From the NCBI GenBank assembly GCA_040954595.2, contig CM082594.2, forward strand, positions 7,571,573 to 7,635,572: a stretch of DNA of 64,000 nt, read 5' to 3'. The translations under genes and the position numbers were made by a program. This stretch comes from Balanoglossus misakiensis (lineage: Eukaryota; Animalia; Hemichordata). The notes beneath the pieces were generated by a model that saw only the letters and a list, made by a program, of their open reading frames with translations, was not told where the DNA came from and did no database searches. This document shows positions 25,058 to 38,851 of this stretch, in pieces. Within the stretch, counting starts at the first letter, position 1. Every line of letters starts with the position of its first letter.

Positions 25058-27134
25058 AAATAAACAAATAAATAAATTAATTAATTAATTAATATAAATA
25101 GGTTGGACTGCAGCGAAAATTTCACTTAAGCAGTATTTTTGGTCGCAAAGAATACTTTTGGGGTTTATTTCCATATTTTAAGACAAAGGAACTGCGCGTG
25201 CGCAAACATCAGGCAGTGACCAGCTTATCGATTTTCAGTTTCACTACACTAGTACCAAAAATAAGCATTTACATCATTTTCGCGACTGCCTCGGAAACTA
25301 CAATGAATGCAAATTCATGTGTGGTAACTACTATGAAAAATCATGGTAAGTCTTTCATCGTTTATCCGCTATTATCTAAATAACCAACTTCGTGCAGTCA
25401 TGATCATGATGTTGGTCGATGGATACTGACCCGGAGCACAGGTCAAAATGATCTCGATTAAAAATACCTTGTATTACTTAAAACACAAACCTTCCTGTTG
25501 GACGATTTCTGCAGTTCCAAGACAGATTGAAACTGGGTGTGTGTGTGTGCAATATTTCAGTCATACTGGGATGAAATTCCTGCCGGCTTATCCCCGAAAA
25601 CACTGAGCAGGCGATGCAGCTCATAGTTGAAATCACGTGAGACCAGGGTTCGAAAATTGGATACAATGTAACAAGATATACCGTTCTGTTGTTAATATGT
25701 ATAACTATTAAGATTTATCTATAAAAACACTTGAAATAGACACGTACATCATACTTAATACGAATGGGACCTTATCTTGCACAGGTAGACTGAACAGCGT
25801 CCCATTTTGTGCTGAACACATGTCTTCAGCGTCGCTGTAGAATATTTTCACCGACCATTCCATCTTCATACACGATGACGTATATGCCAGCCAACCAGGG
25901 GGACAGAGGTCGACAGTGGCTGTGAATAATCCAATAACCAGGTAAGATATTGTGAGGCATTCGAAAACATGGTACGGAATTCAAGTTACCGCGTATCGAT
26001 AAAGTCGCGGCGTCTTTGCGCCATCCTGAAGTGTACAAGATGTGTTACGAGTGTCAAATGACCAAAAAATGCTAGTACTGTTGTTAGCAACCAGGATTGT
26101 ACTTACTAGCAGGTCTCTGGCAAATCGGCTTGTAATTGACACCGCAGTCTTTACTTTCCCATGTACAATTCGTTTGTCCAGAGTCCAATGTTATACACAA
26201 TTTGCTGGTGTCAGGGTCACCTTCCCTCCAGTTGTCCCAGGTCAAGGGTTTGCCATCATCCCAGACGTACTCTACTGGGGATGGGGGAGGCAGGCTTCTT
26301 GCGCCTATCCAAAAGAAGTCGGACTGAGAACTGGGGAGAGGAAAAGAAAAAATGAGTCAGAAAATAAGACAAACGAAATGCTGTTTTTAGGTGTGCGTAT
26401 ATGGATAGATGGAAAATGATCTGATGGTATAATATACTTTATACACATGTCAAAACACGCACATGCGTTCAGTTATGAAAGTGTTCATATACACATCCAT
26501 TCCTTGTCAAGAATCCTAGCTTTTCAATCAAAACAGTCGGCCACAAACTCTCAAATCTGGACCATCAATAAGCATGCTGGAATTCGATGAAACGTGGCAG
26601 TACATACATAGAATTGCAGAGGTGGTACATTTCGCCAAGAGGGATGATGGTCAGAACGGCTTCTTTGCTGGCGCAAAAATTCGCCGCATCTTCTCGCGGT
26701 ATCTTCAGAGATTCTTCTATGAAGTAACACAATGATCCATCTGAACTCGGGACCCAGTTCACTGGGCATCCTAGATGTGACAAGAAGCAGTGGTTAGACA
26801 GAAGTATGTCGCGAATGTTGTCATAAAATATGCTGTACTCATCGTCCAAAGCGAAATCTAGTCCACGTACATTATAAGAACCAATTCCTGTGGCTATAGG
26901 CGTTTGGCCTATAGTATTCACTTACCATTTATGAAACCGTTGGAGAAAACAAGAATCTGAAAGAAAATATACATCGTACAATTAATATCTGAATTGCTGG
27001 TCAAGTTCTTTGAAGTCTCAAAACCAATCAAATAGTCTATGACTTTAAGGATATTGGAAAGACTGATAACTGGAAAAATAAACTACATTTCCTACCAGGA
27101 ATGTGACGATCTTATACATATTGCGTGTTTCCAT
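18340..27134 (-). CDS. Adhesion G protein-coupled receptor (~985 aa): signal peptide, 2 C-type lectin domains, EGF, Thr-rich linker, GAIN/GPS, family-B-type 7TM (ADGRD/ADGRL-like 7TM)
   Basis: Exons 27134-27096, 26956-26926, 26770-26608, 26330-26107, 25919-25748, 24936-24731, 24636-24367, 24130-24042, 23522-23334, 23150-23082, 22845-22725, 22173-22060, 21540-21468, 21331-21232, 20994-20942, 20808-20697, 20593-20490, 20208-20109, 19833-19616, 19388-19322, 19109-19024, 18867-18699, 18528-18340 join in frame (2958 nt). Start [20 protein letters not shown]; FWIG/YWIG lectin motifs; GPS WSSEGC...CSCNHL|TSFAVLM; TM motifs [37 protein letters not shown]. Confidence 0.93.
19996..20092 (+). mobile_element. 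~90-bp MITE, copy 2 (intron of the adhesion GPCR)
   Basis: Shares caccatggttcagtccaa...ttgttttcta...ggacctcta...gggaactgggggtgaaaggg with copy 1. Confidence 0.7.
24975..25097. repeat. Compound microsatellite (CAG)n(CAA)n(TAAA)n(TTAA)n in an adhesion GPCR intron
   Basis: Directly visible tandem units. Confidence 0.95.
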
Positions 27135-27940
27135 ACTGCGTCCAGCTTGCGTCTACAAAACTCAAGTCGTAAGCCAACGCCGCTAAATCTGTCCACAAGA
27201 GGAAAAAAAGTTCCTATAAGTGACATTATACTTGAAAGAAATGCATGCACTCGTCGTTAGATATTCAGAAGAGACAATATGCATTTCTCGAGGTATATCA
27301 TCAAAACAGATCCAACAATCATCATCATTCAAAGTAAACAATTACAATAACAAATTCCGGGTAAAATGACAGGCTTTTATTCATGTTTTCTTGGAAGGTA
27401 GTTTTTTTATATCTACCAACTGATAATGCAGAACATGATGAAAGCGTGACATTTGGGTTTAGGAGGGTTCAACAGCGTTTGAATAAAGCAAAACGAAAGT
27501 CTTTTATTCCGGATTTGCGGCATAAACATCGTTTATTGACTCCAAATATTCGGCACGGCTTCGCGAAACGGATGCAATGTAAAGAGGGTATTATATTTTC
27601 GTATGTCAAGGCTCCGGGATACGGGACTTCGTGTCGCCAGACCCAATTTCTTTTCATTACATGTGAATGTACGCGTTCTTCTAACCGATAAGTGCTTAAA
27701 ACGTAAACGTCTCGTTTTGCACGAATGAATAGCGGTGGAGTTTTCACGATTGCGCTGTTAATAATTCGCGCATGTAAAACGTTTGTTCTCTGCTGAGCTT
27801 TTTTGTTGTTGTCCGTTCACGTTCGCTTTGTGGGCTCCAGGCAAAATCATCATCGTATTTTTATTGAAACAGCCGAACAATTTCGATTCTGCCTCACCAC
27901 GAATATATTTGGACGCCTGCTGGGATGTACTTTCGCTTAC

Positions 27941-28000
27941 AGTTTTTGTAATACAGTCTCAGTCCAATACAGACTGTGGCGGGGTTTCACTGCAGGGTAC
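27941..28000 (-). other. Possible non-coding first exon of the adhesion GPCR (5' boundary uncertain)
   Basis: Minus-strand donor ACT|gtaagc at 27940. The ATG-containing exon has its own acceptor (cctcttgtggacag|, ~27188). Confidence 0.35.
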
Positions 28001-31000
28001 GTGTTATGATTTAATGTGTATAGGTCTATTCAGATCATTTTTTCACGGGTAGATGGACGGTATAACCTACTGAGAAGACAAACAAAATATCGAAAGCGTA
28101 AAATGTCACCTGGTGAACCACGTAAATCGCATAGTTGACAATTATATTGGAAAACCATGAACGATAACTTTATATCTTCGGCCTTTACGTACAAATGATA
28201 AACGCACACACAGGCAGCTTGCAAGTCTTGACGCAAGGTTGTTGATATTGAATTAACTATAGACTTGTAACACAATATGCAGGATATTACCAGCAAATGT
28301 TAGCGTTACATGGCGCCCCTGAGCACATGCTGACGACAGTGGAAAAACAGAACTTCTGTGTTGGATGAAAAGCTTCAATACTTGCTTATTTCCGAGATAA
28401 ATTTGGATATCGAACATGGAACAACCTCTGTCTGAAACTGAAATTAAAATATCAGAATTGAAATCGATCTCTGGAGCATTTGATGAAAGTTAACAATTCC
28501 TCTCATGCGTTTCCATTACATGAAGTGCGATGAGGCTGTTCAATAAAAATCACATTTGGCGAATAACTTTTGCAAACCATCATACGGGTCGCTTTTATTA
28601 GTCTTTGAAGTCGTTATAAAATGCCCAAGGCTTTCTCTGAACTTCCAATAAGCGAGTTATCCGAAGAATCCATCACGTTGTAATCAATGTGTTCCATGAC
28701 ATTGAACTAATCTATGCAGCAGGCAATCATTACGATCTGATGCAGGTTAATAAACAGCGCAGACCGATTTTGCACTTACATGTATAGAAGTACAACTCAT
28801 GCCACACAGTAACACAGGGTCTTTGAATAAATCGCTCTGAAAAATTTACTCAATGAGTGATGATATTTGCATGGTGAACTTTACCGCTAGACACTAACTA
28901 CTATAGCAGGAGGCAGAATGCGTTGTAGAAGTAGATGGTTAGACTTCAATCAAATTATGCCGTTCCTGAAGTCTTGGATAATTTCGAACTTCCTCATCGC
29001 GTGCCAAGATGATTTCGGGCTAATGACTCAACCATTTGGTATACAATGAATGGAGTACAATTCAGAATTGGTACTCGATACCCTTGCGTCGAAGAACGGC
29101 ATTGAATGAAAAGTGCGAATGTGATCGGTCGTGGTGTTCTGTTGAGTCAAATTGCTCTACAACTGCTTTTCGCGGCTTTTGTATAACAAAAAATGCGTGA
29201 TTGAATTAGTGGCACGATTCTGCCGACAAAGAGAGTCTCCCAGCATGATTGGTTTCCGTTTTCTAAGTTGAATTTTGAATTGGGGTTTTAAATTATATAA
29301 AATTGCTGCAATTGAACGTTTGTGAGAGATAGTGTTCACTATATACACACTCGGACGGTGGTATCGCGAAACAATGTGACTGACAACTTCGAAGCAATGG
29401 TTAGTTCTTTCAGTAAATAAAATAGTAATTTCACTGAGGACTAATTTCTTGTAACAGGTCTAATGTTATTATCATGATGGCAACATTCAGGAATAGCAAC
29501 ACCCGAGACATCATGGAAGCTCTGTAACTATGACGACGGGGAGTCATTTTGAGCATAGTAGATTGTTAGCAATGGACAATATTAGAACGTCTTTATTTTA
29601 TGACAAGTTAATTTGCTCTGTACTGTCGCCGTCTTCATGATGTGAAAGATTTCTGATCTGTAGTTAATAATAGAGTTAATAGCTGTGGCACAAATAGGCA
29701 CAACAAGCCTTGACAATCTACAGGTGGTCAACCGTCAAATTGAAGGACTTGATAAGCTGGATACAATAGAGCAACTACACTGCCCATCCCTATCTCAAGC
29801 TTCAGTCATATTTATTAAGGGTTTTATGATCGAGTGTCACAAAACACACACACTCTCTCTCACTCTCACTCTCACTGCCGACTGTCGAAACAGGGCTTGA
29901 ATGTTGCTCTGGTTTAGAAGTGCGCGCCACAGCGAAGCTAGCACGTCTCCAAAGTTCAGCGTGTGCGCAGAATAGCAAACAGGCTAGTAAGACGTATACA
30001 TGCTGATCTGTACGTAAATTGTGTTTAGTCTGGCTATCAATGGATGATATAGAAATACGCAGATAGGTTATTCTGCGTGGCATTTGTTGGCCAACGCGCT
30101 GTTCAATTTATAGTGTAGCCTGCCACAACATGAATATAGAAAGTACAGTGACTTTTGATTAGTGGGAATGGCTTATTCTAGATAAGTGAATAACTGAAGC
30201 AGCCTTGACGTGTTTCCAACACTGACATATGACTAAATCCGCTTTGACAACTACAAATATAACATGCGTTGGTGATATCCTTGTGAGAATTCCATCAGGT
30301 GATATCCATGAAATAACCAAAGGAAAAATGCAAAGGCACGCTTTTTACAAATGCACTGAAGTGAGAAAATATGGCTGGTGTCTAGCCGCAGAAGTGGCCG
30401 GTTCAAGTATTCCCGACCTGATTAATTGACTAAAGTGTTGCCTAGCAACGCACGTTCCTGAATCAATTCCTAAGAGGAAGCCCTTCCGCAGAGAAGAAAA
30501 ACTGAGTAAGATGTTTGCATTGGCAAATGTACCGGACAATTTTTCATTTTTGTCATCAGATTGATTCATTTTCTAATCTAATTTGGGAAGTTTGTGATCT
30601 TACATAGTGTCGTGTAGTACGATAAATCAGGATTTAATTCAACCACGATTACACATTGTTAAATTGGCTGATTAAAAAAATTCCAGTGCACGTGGCCAGT
30701 ACATTTCCACAAGCTTACCTCATCGTCCAAATAACCCAATATTTAATGGTATGGATATTTGACGAAAGTGTCTGAGCTCGAGACATGAAGTGAATAGCAT
30801 TACTTTTAAGCTGTTTGTTGACTAATTGATCACTATAGGCTAGACTTTCCAGGTGGTTATTACATTAGAGATCATATGAAGTGGATTGTTTGAAGAAGAA
30901 AAAAACTCCGGTGAAAATGAAAATAGCTATTCATTATAAAACATTAGCAACAACCCATAGGATTCTTGGAAATATTAGACGATAATCTAATTTACAGAAG

Positions 31001-34000
31001 ACATGGGCATGATTTGCAGACTCGGGGCGAGACCTCATTAAAACATTGGCAGATCGACAAGCATGTTTGAAACATTTGCGCCCCCAGAGCACTGCCTACA
31101 CGCCTTATAAGATTACAACAGCGAAATGATATTAATGATAAACCACACGTCAGAACTCATAGAGCGCTGTTTGATTTTTTTCTTCACGACAGCCTTTCAC
31201 GGATCATTTCTTTTATGCTTTCACATTCAACAGAGGTTTGAGACACGTGACTTTGTAGACAGGAAGGTTAAATGAATGTGTTTGATCTGTGCGTCTGTCT
31301 GTTGCTTGTGTGTGCAGATGTGAATTTTCACAGCCAGTTCTGTGAAACTTTGTGAAAGCGTGGTTGTATATATATATATACCTCTCACGTTACAAGACGT
31401 GCGCCTGAAACCCGACAAAAGCGATCGGATTCCGCTCATTTCGGAATACATTCTCACGCTCTCGATTGACATGCCTCACAGGTCGGTTCAGGTAGCAACA
31501 GTTCGCGCGGCTTCAATCAGTCTGCCAAGTCGCCTTTTTTTGAAAGTGTTCATCATCAGACCGAACAAAGCCCACATAGATGCGAGGAGGGTTGCATGGA
31601 GTTTAAGACATACCCTCAGTACATCATATCGAGGTTCGAGTATGCCACTCATTGTTCGATGATTATGTGTTCAATTGCCTGCTGCAAGTCTACTTACGGT
31701 GGTTACTTAATCTTTAACTGACATTTTCCTTTTTATAGTGCGGGAAAATGAGACAGATTATGTGGTATATTGCGTGACAAGCGTCGTCAAGGTAACACTT
31801 TGGCGGGTTCCATACAAAGTCTGGCCAACTCGTTTGCAACCTTCGCGCCGAGGGTAAATCAGTGTAAATATTCTCGTTCACGGTAAATGTTCTTTGTTCC
31901 GTTATTCTTTTGGACTGTAAAGAGTGCTTGTCGCCAGCAAAATGATGTTACGTCATCAAATGTTGTGGTGACGTGGCATTTAATGACAGTGTTGTTTGGT
32001 AGACGCAACACTTCCGTTTGTTACTCCGTACACAGTTTCCACCAGGAGAGAAAAAATCCATCGGTAAAACTGCCAGATTGACACCGGCGGAAAAACTCAA
32101 TAAGTCCTCATTTCGATTTCCATCAGACCAGCTGGATACTATTGTGCGGTAATAACGTCATGTTTCGGCACGGATAAGAGAAATTAAGACGTAATTTTGA
32201 ATGTCCATCAAGGCAAACACAAACGTAAACGACGACAGTGTGATTCTAAATCTAATATCCTACCTCTCAGGTACCGAGATTAAAGGCACAAAGTCTGCAT
32301 ATACGAGTTTGACAAAAACCTTCAAGGCAGAGCTCATTTACATGTTCTTTGTACTTAAAGAAGTTGCTTCTGTATCTCGAGGATGATGATACATTTGTAG
32401 GCTTATTAAATAAAAGCCCATCGCTGTAGTAGAGATCGAAAACATCTGGTCAAAATTCCGTCTCGTTTGTCTGTCTGCTTCTCTAATAACCAAAGTCATT
32501 TAACTTCTCGAATTTTCGCCAACCGTAATATGATTTGATTAGCCACTTAATGGCAATAAATCAGGAGCGTCTCGTCTGTTGGATTTTTTTTTCAAGTGGA
32601 AAGCCTTAGATAGGGTCGGATGAAGTGGGGGGGGGGGTGCGAAACGTCAATGTAGACTCAAGGGGATGCAAGCAATACCGGGTAGTTCTTACTCAGTCTG
32701 AACTTTCATGGGAATGTTTTATAAACAAATATCGATTCATTTAACGCTGTCACGAGAAATGAAAATCATTACACCGTGAGTAATGCATATTTACTTGGTG
32801 ACGACATTTTGTTAGGCCCTGTCGTTCCTTGAGCATCACGAATATTCTCGTTTTTTTTCAACGTGTTACGTGATGTAAATGCAAATGCGTCCCTTTCTGC
32901 GATGCATCAACTTTGAAAGGTGCTTATGTGGTCTAAAGTACTCATAATAGTATGCTGAGCCGTGTACATTTATCTTGTTTTTCAAACTGTATGACATTTT
33001 CGAAGCTCACTTCGGTTTCATTTACGTATTTTTTGTGAAATTATACTTCGTTAACAGTGACAACATGACTGTGCAGTACCGCGCAAAACTTCATATGACG
33101 TAATCATGGTACGCCAACTGCACCAAGCATGCGCATGCTGCTTTACATCACGTCGCCTGGACGGACTTGTATCTGCTTGGCCGAATAGACTTTAGATAGA
33201 TGCGTAATTCATTGGTTTGGACGCAAACGATCTACGGAAGTTGAACGTGAAGGCCTGTGGGTTAAAGGTAAGGGATATTACACGAATTTTGACAGACATA
33301 ACGTTGTATACCCGCACTTTAGGGCCTAAGCTGATAGATTATTCGCGTGATGTGGCCTTATTTTGACGAGCTCGTGCGCATGCAACAAGTCAAATATGGT
33401 CAGTCACGAGATTGCAACGCGATATCCATCAAACTTAAACCGCATAGTTATTTTAGCGAAAAAAGCATTGAGATGCACATTTTCCGACCAGACGTTTGAA
33501 TGTAGCGCGAGCGAGATTTCATATTTGAAACCGTGAAGGACGGTGCATGCGCCATATGTGGTAGTATGAGGTTGACTACATTATAAGAGAGCTTATATAG
33601 ACAGACACGTTCAGAGTGTAAATTAAACTTAATACGCCTACTTTCAAAATATCCTGGTATTTAAAATTATACCACGCTGAGAAATATCGTTGAAATAAAA
33701 AAAGGTTTATTCAATATGACTTAAACGTAAACTTTGAGAACGGAATCGCCAATTCTTGGAACCGCACATTTGGACACCCCTCTCCGTTGTTGTGGAACGT
33801 ACATTTGTCTGTCTATGGCTTCGCTTTACCAGACACGGTCGTTCACCTGTTTGCCCGAAGCCATGCCCTCCTGCACCTGGTCGTTTCAGAAATGTGAAGG
33901 GCTGTCGCGGGCGAGTCTGGACAAAACATGGCGAGTTTTTTTTTCCGGACCAGGTTTACAGGCCTAATCTGTTTTACAGACACCGGTTCAAATAATCAAC

Positions 34001-35410
34001 GACAACAGATTTTTTATGACAACTGATACGTGGCAGATCCTTCCGACAGGAATAAAAACTGAAAAGGTAGTTTTAAGCTGAGTGCTTGGCATAATAGATG
34101 TTCAATCAATTATTCAAAGACATCCACAGATGACCGAACGCGATGTACGATAAGGGTCCCTTTGAAATCGATCATTTTCCAAGGATAAGAGAGTTCTCAG
34201 ATTTAATCCGAAGGTTAGTTATATTACGTAAAATTTGATTCCGCGCGTTTAGTCATCAATCCTGTGATAGATTAGAACTGAACCGTACATTTGCCTGCAA
34301 AGATCATTTTATCAGGTATAGGGGAAAATAAATCCAACATAAAATAACGTCCGTGAAGACTTGGTGAAACGAACAGCAGCATTTCTGTTAAGATAAGATC
34401 CTTCTTTTGGGGTAAAATGTAATTTGATGTACTCGGAGTACATGTGTTACGTTTGTGATAATAATCCCAATGATATTACTCCGACACTCAGCCGTTCTAA
34501 TATTTCAAAAACATCAACCAATTCATGGTTTCATCCTTTGAAGAGGCCGACAGAGGGAATTGAGATATGATTTATCGCGTGATAAATAGACTATCCCCCG
34601 TACTGCAGAGGAAATGTATTCCCGACGGGTAGTCGGTGGAATACATTTTCTCCTGTAAAATATCATCTCGGCTTTTAGCGCCGTCAATTAAAACTATAAT
34701 AGCAGCAACTTAATTCCGTTTCTTTTCAACGTTTGGTTCTGTGCATAGATTAACGACAAAATACTGGTTTCTTTTAAGACAATAACTCTAGTCCTGTTTC
34801 CGACGCATGCAACATTTTTTTTAGAGTAGAGTGTCGTGCCTGCATAGTGATATAAAACACGAACTTGCCAATAACCTCCCATGTATTACAATGTGATTGA
34901 AATAAATTGAAAACATAGTAGTAGAACAAACTATCTATGCCAACGCCTTTATCACGATGCAAACTGTCATTGACCAAACGTTGGCCTTTGCAAATATACT
35001 GATCTCTCTCACTGCATGAGTACATGCAACAGGAACGCACACACTCGTCACTAATGTGGAGAGATGATGAAAAACGATTTGAATTCGTGTAGTGTTGCTA
35101 TTTGAGTGAGAAAACCCACTTGTTTCGCTTGATATGAATTTCATTTAATTAACCAAGGATGCGGCGAAACATTTATGTAAATGATGTCAACAACTTATAC
35201 TCAATCAACCCTGATAGATTGAACAACGTAATAATTCAAAAGAGGAGTGATTGTAGACAAATGAATAGTGAATTAATTTCCCTGGGGAAATTTTACCTAA
35301 AATCATGCGGAATGTGACATGTACTGTTCTCGATATAACCAGACACGACTACCATCCCTTATACCTTGACGCATGATATACGCGCAAAACAGGAACGTTT
35401 GTTTCGCCTA

Positions 35411-35487
35411 AATGGTTTCATCCAAGTCCTTTGTTTTCTATGGTAAAGTTGGACCTCTATAAACTGAACTGGGGGGTGAAAGGGTTA
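35411..35487 (+). mobile_element. MITE copy 3, 5'-degraded
   Basis: ttgttttctatggtaaagttggacctctataaactgaactggggggtgaaagggtta aligns with copies 1 and 2. Confidence 0.65.
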
Positions 35488-35968
35488 CAATTTGAACCGT
35501 AATCGTGGAATCCATTGCTTTTACAGCACCATTCTTTTTGGTTACACCATGCATTTACCTAACATTTTTTTTATCGAAAACCAGCCTTAGATCTACGTTT
35601 ATTTTACATTATCGTTAGAAAAACAAACTTTTCTTTGAAAACAGTAAAGAAATACGGTTGATTGCATGAACCACGGAAAAGTAAAAAAAATCCATTTAAT
35701 GTTGTGAATTCACTGAGGTAAAACATGATTCAACCAAGTAAGAGCAGACAATCGTTTTACTACAGGTGTCTATAACTCCAATCGTGTTACCCTATGGACA
35801 TTAGATGTTTCTGATATAATACGCGTCTAGACTCCAAAGCTTGAAAATCCAGAGCGCAAATAATGTTAATCAATTTCTGGACATCGACGAGTGTCAGAGT
35901 TGGACTGTCTCACTCAACGCATGCCCACCGTAAAAATAAAGAACACAGTTCCTTATTTAGTACAAAAA

Positions 35969-35982
35969 ATGTATCAAAAAAG
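35969..35982 (+). CDS. Candidate alternative first coding exon A (MYQK+2 nt) of an unidentified downstream gene
   Basis: aaaATG TAT CAA AAA AG|gtaagc; strong donor, phase 2. Very short, so chance is possible. Confidence 0.3.
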
Positions 35983-38791
35983 GTAAGCGTGTTTATGACG
36001 CAATCAGGATTTAGTTCTATCACCCGAATTAACATATAATCAACGTTTACTAATAACATTTCGGTATGTAAAGTAACCATCGAATTCACGTACCTTCATA
36101 CCTTTCTTGTGGCGATCCTTAAGTTGTAACCACGCGATATCGATACCTCAATGTCTCGAACACTAATATAATAGAAGGCGACGCGCACTAGGATGTTCTC
36201 ATGACAACAGATGGACTTCTACTGTTAGTTGCTTCCGAGCGTACAGGGGGAAACGCTCGCAACACGTGACTACATCACCTTTTGCTATTGGCTGCAGACA
36301 TAATGAGTTCCCTTATGCTAACCAGTGGCTATGTTAGATAGGTATTATACAGATTCATCCTTTTGAGTTCGGTCAGAACTCATCGGTCCCTTGATAATTG
36401 TGAATGTATACAGAAGCAAATGATCGCGTTTAGGGACGGGAACAGCCAAATATAGAGATAGACGTTAAAATTAACTGTCGGCTAGTGCAAACAATATATC
36501 GATACTCGAGTGCATCATTATCACGTATGGTAAAATCCAAACATTTGATTTGTTTTATCCCCCAATTTTACCCAGGAAGGTCAAATAATTATAGAAACAT
36601 TTTTATTGCTATCGGTTTGTTTATTTATCAATATAAATGCTAATCCAGTGCAAAGAGAGACAAATCATAGCGACTCAATTACTTTTGCAATCATTGACTT
36701 TGTAATGAATATGGTGCCCTTTTGCAGTATTTGTGTGCTTCTGTGGTATATGTAGTTGCTATAAACAGTCTTACTATACGGCCTAAGCACCGAATTTGGA
36801 ATCACAAAAATAGCTGAAGCTTTTCGGATGGTGAGCTATCATTGCACGGTAAAAGGTATTGTCTGGTTAGACTATCCATGTATGGGAAGTAAGTTGTCCT
36901 GTGCACGCAAATCGCCGTGCAAAATGCAGCGCCCCCTCAATTGTTTGATCGTCCTCATGATATATTACTCACACATACATAAAACGTATTATCGTTTACG
37001 GTGCGATATTTTTCCTTTCACACCGCCATTATTAAACCGTGTTTTCTTGAAGTTTATGATTTTCAATGTAATATAAGAGTTACATAAAACGCGTTACCGA
37101 TTATTTTGCCTTTTAATATGTATCGGTACTTCCTTTTATTATTAAAAGCTTGCCGGTCATAAATGTTAAGCGAAAATTGGATAGTTTATTTCCACTTCTG
37201 TCTTTGCGGCTTCGAGTCCTGATGTAAGCATCTCTCGCCGTGTATCAGGTACTAGTAAGAACTATTTTAATTACGTTGCTGGTAGTTTTAATATCTAGTC
37301 CTATCCTGTCACTGTGTAATGAATATCTACCTGAATGTTCGAGTCACTCCTTGTAGAATTCAAAGCATTTGTAACGCCCGCCTCCCAAACACAATGCAAA
37401 TGCCAGGCGAGACAAATAGATTTGACAAAAAACGTGGAAATGCATAAACGCATCATGGCAATAACAACTGACAGCGAGCAAACTCACTCTCTCTCACACA
37501 CACACATGATTACCGCAACAGTTTCTTCACGCGCCACTTCACTTCCATATTCCCAATATTTGACATTTAACTGTCACGTGGTGTCAGGCGAACTGAGACG
37601 CAGACTTCGGCAGAAAATATCACCGAGAGCTTCACCATCCGTGGTGAACCTTGCAATTGATTTCCCAGATTAAGAATTCCCTTGTTGGAAATTTTGTAAT
37701 ATTACGATCCTCGCGCGTTTCAATATCGGTTGCAAGGAATTTCTTGCTTGTTGTAAGAAAATTGCTCAATAGTGCATAAACCTTTCAAACTGACAGACAG
37801 ACTAAATATTAAATACAGAGTACGTTTCTCCGAAGGGTAGTATGTGGAGCGTTAATGAATCAAAGAAACAAGTTTCCTCTGAATAAAAAACGTATAGGTT
37901 TTGTTTCCTGTCAGTAATATAAAAACATTAAGGCGAAATATGTATGGTATCGATTTTAATGTCAGGTACTTTTAAAGAAAGCAAAGGTTTACAAAAGACA
38001 AAAAAATCAACAACATTCTAATGTATAGACAGCAATGACCCAAAAAAGTCAGCATTTGCAGCGATGTGAGAAGTTAAAAAGTCAACACTGTTTTGTACTC
38101 CTCCGAAATAGATGCAAAGATGTAAAATAAACACTGCGTCACCATGCTTTCATAAGTTCTCTGCATAGTTTGCACCGCGGGAAAACCATTCTGATTAACT
38201 ACAGTCGCAATACGACGCTTTTCAATGGAGCTCTGGTCGAGAGAACGAAACTCGTGGGGTCGTTTGCCGGCACATCACAATATGCTTCAAAAAGTGCCGA
38301 CCTTCAACAGAAAAAGTAAATTGATTCATTCCTCCGGTAATAATCCCCGGCAATTTTGATTCACTGCCTTTGATAACAATTCCCTACATCAAAAAAGCCA
38401 AGAGAGCGGGTATCTCTACAAAAAAAAAAAAAAACGTTGAATAGAGGAAGTCGGATTCGATATGTGGGCAGATGTACAGGTCATTGTTAAACATTGGAAA
38501 TACGGAGTTCTCAAATTATCCCTAGGCTGTTATCATTGCCGTCGCAGTCCCATCTAAGTTTGAAACAGAACAAGAAAGCCACTTACAAAAATTGCTTTTC
38601 GGTTTCTTGCAGTCTAACTACTTGGTCCTTGGGGATGGAAATTACTCGCTGTGAAACAAATATGTTCCCGTGTGTTAAAAAAGGTTATTTACTCGGCACC
38701 CTTATACTTATAACCGTACCAAGCTTTATTGATGTGCTATATAGCGTTTCTCGGTATGCAGACTTTAATTAATAAAATGTGTAACAATACT

Positions 38792-38851
38792 AGACAGACA
38801 GACAGACAGACAGACAGAAACATCAGCAAGACACTAGCCCCCCCCCCCCCC
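38792..38851. repeat. (AGAC)n microsatellite followed by a poly-C run
   Basis: agacagacagacagacagacagacaga ... ccccccccccccc. Confidence 0.9.

Noticed and set aside
24937-25067. Hydrophobic poly-Leu/FIYL 'signal peptide' in ORF 24663-25067
   Set aside because: Translation of an intronic microsatellite; the true exon starts at 24936.
27135-27188. Lectin-like reading [10 protein letters not shown] followed by a stop, suggesting a frameshifted exon
   Set aside because: Better explained as 5'UTR plus the start [13 protein letters not shown] in another frame, which splices into a clean signal peptide.
34742-34822. tRNA-like 3' end followed by a T-run
   Set aside because: No intact A/B boxes or cloverleaf.
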